NCBI GenBank assembly: GCA_964244895.1
Contig: CAXTKV010000037.1
Coordinates: forward strand, 1-31,979
Source of the DNA: an uncultured Deinococcales bacterium
GTDB taxonomy: Bacteria; Deinococcota; Deinococci; Deinococcales; JAAFIG01
Direction: 5' to 3'
DNA length: 31,979 bases
Of this stretch, positions 25,553 to 31,979 are shown piece after piece (position 1 is the stretch's first letter; each line of letters begins with the position of its first letter). A model generated the notes under the pieces. It was not told the DNA's origin. It was given only the letters and a program-made list of their open reading frames with translations, and searched no databases. Position numbers and translations under genes: made by a program.

Positions 25553-26965
25553 ATGACCATGACTGGAGTGTTCGCGCAAAAAATCCTGCCCCTCGTTGCG
25601 GCCCTCGCGCTCGGCCTGGGGATGTGCGCCTGCAACACCGTCTCTTCCTCGCCAGCTGCGCCGCCACCGGTATCTCCGACCCCGCCATCTTCTCCCCCAC
25701 CCACGCCACCAGTTTCACCGCCCTCCCCACCGACTGCACCCCCCAGTTCACCCCCGGCGCCGCCAGCACCGCCCTCTCCACCAGCCACGCCGCCCAGCCC
25801 ACCCCCGGCGACTCCTCCAACGCCACCTCCACCGCCCGCACCTCCGGCGCCACCACCACCCATCGCGTACTCGAGCCCAATCGTAATCACCAAAGGCGGA
25901 ACCTACAGCGGCAACTGGCAAAGCCTGGACGCCAACGTGCCCGCCGTGGATATTCGCACCAACGAAGCCGTCACCATCAACAACAGCAACATCCGAAGCC
26001 TCGGTTCTGGAATCAGGTCGTTCCAGTCGGACGCGCAAGTCACCATCCATAACGTCAAAGCCGAGGCGATATACCCCAGCGTGGCGAGGGCCACCAAAGG
26101 CGAATTCGTCAACATTGGCTTGTTCAAATCGGTTCGCATCGAAAACAATCAGGTCACCGGTTACGCCACCGGGGTTCGCCTGCTGAACTTCGGCGCGGAC
26201 GTGACCCGCTCCGGGCAGGTCATCAGCGTGCGCTACAACCGCTTCCGCAACATGGACGGACGCATGAGCGACGGCAAGGGTGGCTTTTTGCTCGAGCACA
26301 AAGCCAACGGTCAGGCCATCGGTCTGAACACGATCCTCAGGGCCAGCGTGGAAATCGCCTGGAACGAGATCATCAACCAGCCGTATCAGAGCCAGACCGA
26401 GGACGTGATCAGCACCTACGAGTCCGGCGGTACGGCGGCGGCACCGATCCTGATTCACGACAATTACGTCCAGGGCAACTACGCCGCCGACCCAGCCGGA
26501 GCCATCGATTTCAGCGGTTGCGGCATCAACCTGGGCGATTCACCCAACAAGAGCCCGGATGTCGGGTACACCGACGCCTACGACAACCAGGTCGTCAGTT
26601 TCGAGAACAACGGCATCGGTATCAGCGCCGGGCACGACCAGCGCTTCTGGAACAACCGCGTGGTCTCGGCGGCGCGCGCCCCGGACGGCACGCTGCTGGG
26701 CAGTTCGTGGCGAACCGGAATCGGATTCTGGAATTACTACGGCAGCCCGTACTGGGCCAACAATATCGTGCGGGATAACTTTTATTCGGTGGCCTCCAGG
26801 GACTCGCAACGCGCGCCGAATTACACGCCGGACGCCACGCCGCAATCGGTGTACAACAACACCGAATTGTTCAATCGAGCGCCCACCACCGCCGACGAGC
26901 AGGCCGAATTTCAACGCTGGCAGCAAAAAGTTACTTCCGCCGGAATCGTCGTGGGGCTCAAGTGA
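25553..26965 (+). CDS. Lipoprotein with a long Pro/Ser/Thr linker and a right-handed parallel beta-helix (pectin lyase-like) domain
   Basis: Hydrophobic leader ending MCAC; about 65-aa PPS/PPA linker; repeats such as VTINNSNI, VRIENNQV, ISVRYNRF, LIHDNYV. Confidence 0.8.
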   Translation: MTMTGVFAQKILPLVAALALGLGMCACNTVSSSPAAPPPVSPTPPSSPPPTPPVSPPSPPTAPPSSPPAPPAPPSPPATPPSPPPATPPTPPPPPAPPAPPPPIAYSSPIVITKGGTYSGNWQSLDANVPAVDIRTNEAVTINNSNIRSLGSGIRSFQSDAQVTIHNVKAEAIYPSVARATKGEFVNIGLFKSVRIENNQVTGYATGVRLLNFGADVTRSGQVISVRYNRFRNMDGRMSDGKGGFLLEHKANGQAIGLNTILRASVEIAWNEIINQPYQSQTEDVISTYESGGTAAAPILIHDNYVQGNYAADPAGAIDFSGCGINLGDSPNKSPDVGYTDAYDNQVVSFENNGIGISAGHDQRFWNNRVVSAARAPDGTLLGSSWRTGIGFWNYYGSPYWANNIVRDNFYSVASRDSQRAPNYTPDATPQSVYNNTELFNRAPTTADEQAEFQRWQQKVTSAGIVVGLK

Positions 26966-27021
26966 ACGCACCGTCCGGCTCGAGCATTCGGCGATTCGAT
27001 CGGTGAATTTCAGGTTGTGGT

Positions 27022-27089
27022 CTCGAGAAAACACCGTCCAGCACAACGAATTCTGATCCTCAAGAAAGATCGTCTGGGACGGTGTTCTT
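27022..27089. repeat. Palindromic element, inverted pair
   Basis: CTCGAGAAAACACCGTCCAGCAC ... CGTCTGGGACGGTGTTCT. Confidence 0.75.
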
Positions 27090-28291
27090 TAGCCGGGAGT
27101 GGTTTTCGTGGGCAGCGCGGGAGTCGGTTCGACCACGGGTTCGTACTCGCTGACGCCAGCCGCCACGACCTGCGCGACGCTCTCGTCGGTGGCGGCGGGG
27201 CGTTCCATCACGAACAGGTAGACCTCCTCGTAGAGCGCCTTGATGATGATCACGAACGGCACGGCCAGAAACACGCCGACCAGACCCATCAACGACCCGA
27301 AGATCAGCACCGCCACGATATTCGAGGCCGGGTGCAACTTGACCGTGCGACCGTAAATCACCGGCGAAAGCACGTAGGCGTCCAGCTGCTGCGCCACTAC
27401 CGCGACCACGATCGCCCAGAAGGCCATGCTCCATTGCCCGCCGGAGACGGCCATCAGCACGGGCGGAATCATGCCGATCAGCGGACCGACGTAAGGAATC
27501 ATATTGGTCACCGCGGCGATCACGCCGAACAGGAGCGCGTCCTGAAAACCCACGATCCGCAAGCCCACCCCGACGATCAGCCCGACGCACACCGACACGC
27601 TGACCGCGCCGATCAACCACGATCCGAGCTGCGATCCGACGCGGATCAGGGTGCGTTCGACCACCGGGCGATTGGTCGGAGGAACGCCGCCCAGAATGCC
27701 CTTGATGATCGGTTCCGGGTTCATCAGCAAGAACAGCATCAGCATCAACAGCAGCACCCCAGAAACGAGCGCGTTGGCCAGACCCGCCACGGCTGAAGCC
27801 AGGTTGGTCACGGCGCTGACGCCGCCCGACTGGAACATTTCAGACCCGATGATCTTGCTCGGATCGGTGAAGGACCGGCCCTCGAGCAGGGGCGCGATGG
27901 CGGGATACTTGCGGGCGGCTTCGAGCACGTTCGATTGCAGGGCGCTCAGCATTCCGGGCAGCGCCTGCCCGAAACGCACGCCCTGCGTGACGATCAACGG
28001 CACGACCAGCGCGGCGAACAGCAGCCCAAAGACCACCAGCCCGCCGATCACCAGCCCCGCGCCTGCGGGTCTGGGCACGTGAAAACGCATCTCGAGCCTG
28101 GCCACGAACGGGTTCAGCCCGAGCGCCAGCACCACCGCCAGCAGCACGAACACGAGCGGCGCAGCCACCGCACCCGCGAATTGCGCGAGCAACAGCACGC
28201 CCATGACGATGAAGGCCACCGTCAACAGCACCCGCAGCAGCGCTCCCGGATCGAGCTGACGCACCTTCGCCCGACCTTCGGATGAATTCAC
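27089..28291 (-). CDS. AI-2E family (PerM/UPF0118) transporter
   Basis: LA.VLAL.LNP.V.RLE, IPYVGP, QQLD.YVL.P.I.G, LHP...VAVL.FG.L.G.VG.FLAVP. Confidence 0.9.
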   Translation of the reverse strand: MNSSEGRAKVRQLDPGALLRVLLTVAFIVMGVLLLAQFAGAVAAPLVFVLLAVVLALGLNPFVARLEMRFHVPRPAGAGLVIGGLVVFGLLFAALVVPLIVTQGVRFGQALPGMLSALQSNVLEAARKYPAIAPLLEGRSFTDPSKIIGSEMFQSGGVSAVTNLASAVAGLANALVSGVLLLMLMLFLLMNPEPIIKGILGGVPPTNRPVVERTLIRVGSQLGSWLIGAVSVSVCVGLIVGVGLRIVGFQDALLFGVIAAVTNMIPYVGPLIGMIPPVLMAVSGGQWSMAFWAIVVAVVAQQLDAYVLSPVIYGRTVKLHPASNIVAVLIFGSLMGLVGVFLAVPFVIIIKALYEEVYLFVMERPAATDESVAQVVAAGVSEYEPVVEPTPALPTKTTPG

Positions 28292-28722
28292 TGTTTCACC
28301 GCCACCAGCGAAGAAATGTAGCGTCCGGAACGCGGCACTGGATCGCCGTGCAGGACGGTGTTCGCCGGATTGCGCCGATTCAGCGACGCGCCCTCGAGCC
28401 GCGAGCAGGCCGCACGGATCGGGCGCTCTCGGGGTTCTTGTGCGATCGATCGGCGCTCGACGCACCAGATCAGCCTCGCGATCCCCACGAAAAGGCTCGC
28501 GTCCAACCAGAGCAAGCTGCGGTACGCGCCGTGGAGCGCGATTTGCCGAAATGTAAAAGTCGAAATTTCGAGCAGCAGGCAGTACAGAACCGCATCCGCC
28601 GCGAGCGCGACCGTGACCACCAGCGCGACGGGCAGCCGAACCCAACCGCCGCGCCGCGTGCCCGAGCCGGAAACGCGCAGGTCGCGCCCCGGCACGAACG
28701 CGGTGGGTTCAACGGCGAACAT
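28288..28722 (-). CDS. Possible small membrane protein
   Basis: Overlaps both neighbours in operon fashion and has two hydrophobic segments, but the C-terminal half runs through a repeat element. Confidence 0.35.
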   Translation of the reverse strand: MFAVEPTAFVPGRDLRVSGSGTRRGGWVRLPVALVVTVALAADAVLYCLLLEISTFTFRQIALHGAYRSLLWLDASLFVGIARLIWCVERRSIAQEPRERPIRAACSRLEGASLNRRNPANTVLHGDPVPRSGRYISSLVAVKQ

Positions 28723-30340
28723 AGATCTTCGCACCGGATGCGGGGAAAGTATCGGTCAGTTGCCCGTTGCCGGAATCGATCTCGTAATTGAAACCCAGTT
28801 CCTTCCAGGCGGCATCCGGAAAGTTGATGCTCAGGCTGCGCTCCTGATCCACAAGGTTGGCGACCACGATCACTTCGGCCTCGCCGAAACCGCGACGGTA
28901 CGCAATCAGTTTGTCGCTGTTATGAACCACCTCGAACTGCTCGCCCTTGAGGGCTGGCGATGCGTGCCGGGTCTGCGCCAGCCAGGCGTAATGCTCTTTG
29001 AGGTGCAATCCGAAATCCGCGTCCAGCAGCTCCCACTGCAACGGCCTGATCTCGAGATCGCGCACGCGGTAACCGCCGAACTCCTGACCCTGGTAGAGCA
29101 TCGGGTTGCCGACGGCGGTGAACAACAAGGTGGCCGCCAGTTTGGCCTTGCGGAAGGCCTCGTCGCCCATGATGTGCGCCTCCGCGAGCTTCTGCATCAT
29201 GGTGAATTCGTCGTGCGATTCGACGTAATTGACGACCCGAGCCGGGCTGACGTAACCGTGATTCAGGGGCTGCAGCGCCTCGAGCAATTCGCCACCGTGA
29301 TCGCCATCGCTGGTCAGGACGTTGATCACGGCATTCTCGAAGCGCTGGTGCCACGCGCCGTCGGCGGGCGCGTCCGGCCCGGCGATGCTCGGATCTTCCG
29401 GGATCTGTTCGGCCACGACGTAAAAGGGTTTGCCGCCCGAGAGCGCCTCGGATTGCGAGCGCACCGCGCGCACGAAATCGAAGTTGTTCAACACGGCGGT
29501 CGCGTCCAGTCGGTAACCGTCGATGTGGTACTCCTGCACCCAGTAAGCCGCGACCTCGAGACCGTGCTTGCGGGCGGGCATGACCTTCTGGCCATCAATT
29601 TCTTGGGTGTCGTCCACGCGTTCGTAATCGAATTTCGGGCCGAAGGATTGTTCGTCTGGCCTGGAATCGCGGAACCAGTAGTAGAAATCCACCTGGGTCA
29701 ACGGCGATTCGGACTCCGTGTGGTTGAAAACGATGTCCAGGATCACGCGCATTCCGCGCGCGTGGCATTCATCAATCAGGCGCTTCAGATCCTGCGGCGT
29801 GCCGTAAGAGTTTTCCACGGCGCAGGCGTGGCGGACGTTGTAACCCCAGGATTGATCCATCGGGAAGGCCGACACGGGCATCAACTCGAGGGCGTTGACG
29901 CCCAGGTCGCGCAGGTAATCCAGGCGCTCGATCACGGTGCTGAAGGAACCTTGCTTGTCCCCCTTGTAGCCGAACTCTCCGACGTGCAATTCGTACAGCA
30001 CCAGTTCGTCGTCCTGCGGCAGGGGCTTGTCGTCGTGATGCCAGTCAAAAGCGGTGGTCGCGTCGTGACCGCCCTGAATCACGATCACGCCTGCGTCGTG
30101 GTTTTGTTCGTCGATCAATCGCGCGAACGGGTCGGTGATCTCGACCGTCTTGCCCTGATTGAACGGTGACAGGGACGGCAACCTGAACTTGTAGCAGTGC
30201 CGTCCGTCCGGCAGCTCGCTCGAGGTGCGCCACGTGCCCGTGTCATCCCTGGTCATCTCGACGGGTTCTTTGAGCCACGAGCCGACCAGCTCCGCGCGTT
30301 CGATGTGCGGGGCGAACAATTGAAAATCGATCTGAGCCAT
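28709..30340 (-). CDS. GH13 alpha-amylase family enzyme with N-terminal CBM48 (TreZ/branching-enzyme-like)
   Basis: YELHVGEF, LGVNALELMPV, SWGYN, DIVFNH, and the catalytic segments GYRLDAT, VAEQ and ESHDE. Confidence 0.9.
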   Translation of the reverse strand: MAQIDFQLFAPHIERAELVGSWLKEPVEMTRDDTGTWRTSSELPDGRHCYKFRLPSLSPFNQGKTVEITDPFARLIDEQNHDAGVIVIQGGHDATTAFDWHHDDKPLPQDDELVLYELHVGEFGYKGDKQGSFSTVIERLDYLRDLGVNALELMPVSAFPMDQSWGYNVRHACAVENSYGTPQDLKRLIDECHARGMRVILDIVFNHTESESPLTQVDFYYWFRDSRPDEQSFGPKFDYERVDDTQEIDGQKVMPARKHGLEVAAYWVQEYHIDGYRLDATAVLNNFDFVRAVRSQSEALSGGKPFYVVAEQIPEDPSIAGPDAPADGAWHQRFENAVINVLTSDGDHGGELLEALQPLNHGYVSPARVVNYVESHDEFTMMQKLAEAHIMGDEAFRKAKLAATLLFTAVGNPMLYQGQEFGGYRVRDLEIRPLQWELLDADFGLHLKEHYAWLAQTRHASPALKGEQFEVVHNSDKLIAYRRGFGEAEVIVVANLVDQERSLSINFPDAAWKELGFNYEIDSGNGQLTDTFPASGAKIYVRR

Positions 30341-30400
30341 GTGACCCCTCCGTTGGCAGACGCAAAGGCACCCGCCCTCGATGGATCATCGCCGCTCGAC

Positions 30401-30437
30401 TTGACAGCGGGCTGAACGCAAACTGAGGATGCGCTGA
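30401..30437 (-). promoter_or_regulatory. 11-bp-periodic TCAG array, site E (4 units)
   Basis: Plus strand TTGA 30401, CTGA 30412, 30423 and 30434; reads TCAG-TCAG-TCAG-TCAA on the GH13 sense strand. Confidence 0.7.
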
Positions 30438-30444
30438 GACAGAT

Positions 30445-30475
30445 CAGAAAAGACCGTGCTGCACGGTCTTTTCTG
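30445..30475. repeat. Perfect palindromic element; probable LysR terminator
   Basis: CAGAAAAGACCGTGC-T-GCACGGTCTTTTCTG. Confidence 0.85.
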
Positions 30476-30507
30476 GGGCACGAAAATCATTGTGCTGAAC
30501 GGTGTTC

Positions 30508-31479
30508 TCAGTTTCTGTCTCGGGCCTCGGTGCGTTCGGGACGCGTTTTGACGACGCGCAATTCCGGCTTTGGGGCTCGAGCGATCAAATCCAGAGCGCT
30601 GTAATCCGTACCGCGCAGAGCCGCGATGAACGCCTTGACCAGCGGCGACGCGTAGCGCGAAGGCGTGACGGACGCCACGATCACGCGCTCCAGGGGATCG
30701 GGGAGCGGGTAGGCTTTCACACCCGCCGGGAGCGGGTGCGTGCTGATGGCGGGCATCAAGGCCACGCCCATGCCGTGCGCGACCAAGGACAGGATCACGC
30801 TGTCATCGCGCGTGTTGATGGTGGGTTTGAAGGCGCGCCCGCTGCCCTCGTAGTAGCGCCTGAGCAAGCGAGCGCACTCGCCCTCGCAGATCATGACGTT
30901 GGCGTTGTCCAGGTCGGCCCAGCCGGGCGGCGAATCCCGGCCATCGTCCGGCCAGACCAGCAGGTAATCGTCGCGCAGCAACTCGAAGCTCATCAGGCCG
31001 TCCACTTCGGGTTGCGCCAGAATCCCGATGTCCGCGCGGCCCTCGAGCAACCCGCCCTCGATGCCGCCCGGATCGGATTCCACGTCGACCATTTCAAAAT
31101 TGACCCCAGGATGCGCCGCCCGAAAGCCCAGCAGGATCGGCGGCAAGGTCAGCGTCGCGAAGCTCCGCACGCTGGCGATCCGCAACGTGCCGGACAGCGT
31201 CGCGCGATCCAACGCGACTTCTTCTCGCATGGCTTCCAGGGAAGACAGCACCGACCGGGCGTGCAACGCGACCCGCTCACCGAGCACCGTGGGTTTGGCC
31301 CCGTGCCGACCGCGCTCGAGCAAGCGCGCCCCGAGCGCCGCCTCGAGTTCCTGGACGGCGTGGCTGATGGTCGATTGCGACACGCCCAGCTCGAGCGCCG
31401 CCTCGCTGTAACTGCCGCGCTCGATCACCTCCAACAAAAACCGCAGTTGGGTCAAGTTGAGATCGCGCTCGAGCTTCAT
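30508..31479 (-). CDS. LysR family transcriptional regulator
   Basis: LTQLRFLLEVIERGSYSEAALELGVSQSTISHAVQELE..LG.RLLER HTH plus a substrate-binding domain. Confidence 0.95.
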   Translation of the reverse strand: MKLERDLNLTQLRFLLEVIERGSYSEAALELGVSQSTISHAVQELEAALGARLLERGRHGAKPTVLGERVALHARSVLSSLEAMREEVALDRATLSGTLRIASVRSFATLTLPPILLGFRAAHPGVNFEMVDVESDPGGIEGGLLEGRADIGILAQPEVDGLMSFELLRDDYLLVWPDDGRDSPPGWADLDNANVMICEGECARLLRRYYEGSGRAFKPTINTRDDSVILSLVAHGMGVALMPAISTHPLPAGVKAYPLPDPLERVIVASVTPSRYASPLVKAFIAALRGTDYSALDLIARAPKPELRVVKTRPERTEARDRN

Positions 31480-31510
31480 GAAACGAGTCTACGCGCCCCT
31501 TTCAGGTTCC

Positions 31511-31525
31511 ATCGAAGCGGTGCAT
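31511..31525. promoter_or_regulatory. Candidate LysR recognition box (T-N11-A)
   Basis: ATCGAAGCGGTGCAT, about 32 bp upstream of the LysR start in the divergent intergenic region. Confidence 0.45.
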
Positions 31526-31701
31526 ACATGACCCCAAAGAAGTCCCAATCGCCGTTTGTTCCCATGACAGACCGGGTCTAGACTGACCTCAGCTCGGTCA
31601 TCCCAGTTTCGACGGGAAACCGCTACAGCCAGCTTTCAAGCGATTCACGGCGGAGTCTTGGAACTCCGCGCGGGGAAGACCGTTCCCTGAGGAGGTTCAT
31701 C

Positions 31702-31941
31702 ATGAACAACGATCTTCTGCTCGAAGTCACTGGTAACGCCGACACCGAGCGCCTTCAGAGCGCCATCGGGAACGCGTTCCGGGTCAGCGTCTGGCCGCAC
31801 GCCAACCTGGGCGATTACACGCTGCGCCTGCACGCCCTTCAGGCCGCCCGCGTTCCGTCAGATCGCGAGATCGCGCGAAACCTCGGGGACATCGGTGTCA
31901 GCGTGATCGCCGCGCGGCACAGCATCACCCGCGCCGCCTGA
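31702..31941 (+). CDS. Small hypothetical protein (79 aa), paralog of 10314-10547
   Basis: AGGAGG RBS; 49/77 identities with the 10547 protein. Confidence 0.85.
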   Translation: MNNDLLLEVTGNADTERLQSAIGNAFRVSVWPHANLGDYTLRLHALQAARVPSDREIARNLGDIGVSVIAARHSITRAA

Positions 31942-31962
31942 GGCGCAGCTTGGAAGGTCAGT

Positions 31963-31979
31963 ATGAGCAACTGGAACAC
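31963..31979 (+). CDS. Partial CDS, probable paralog of 10098-10298
   Basis: ATG AGC AAC TGG AAC AC = MSNWN(T) versus MNDWNS; same position after the paralogous gene. Confidence 0.6.

Noticed and set aside
875..30509. Integron attC sites as the identity of the palindromic family
   Set aside because: There are no consistent RYYYAAC/GTTRRRY boxes and no integrase, and the elements flank core genes in both orientations.
983..31581. Long antisense or shadow ORFs (e.g. 983-2230, 2944-3957, 12635-14221, 15144-16298, 17154-18563, 28358-30169, 30502-31581)
   Set aside because: They mirror well-supported genes on the opposite strand and show no family motifs.

Overview
This is a GC-rich bacterial chromosomal window, most likely from Deinococcota (inferred from gene content and protein style, not proven). 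The left half holds housekeeping and envelope genes: partial dprA, a class I/II aminotransferase, apaG, GT2 and GT4 glycosyltransferases, a HicB-like orphan, a TPP riboswitch with thiB-thiP, a DUF62 SAM hydrolase, an MsrQ-like membrane protein, a PQQ sugar dehydrogenase lipoprotein, and trpS-scpA. The right half is a general-stress/desiccation-type island (lmo0937-like, DUF2171, CsbD/LEA-like, DoxX, two DUF1990, yqjD/E/K-like, AI-2E, GH13), followed by a LysR regulator. Five signals are not explained by the gene calls. (1) Arrays of TCAG/TCAA with an exact 11-bp period lie on the sense strand upstream of five stress-island transcription units, a candidate OmpR/PhoB-type general-stress regulon. 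(2) trpS has a WW leader-peptide attenuator. (3) A two-gene micro-operon of unknown function is present twice, once divergent from the LysR. (4) About 20 intergenic palindromic elements share the core CCGT-SCWGS-ACGG. (5) CTCGAG is strongly over-represented, in the manner of HIP sequences. I saw no integrase, transposase, CRISPR array, tRNA or rRNA.
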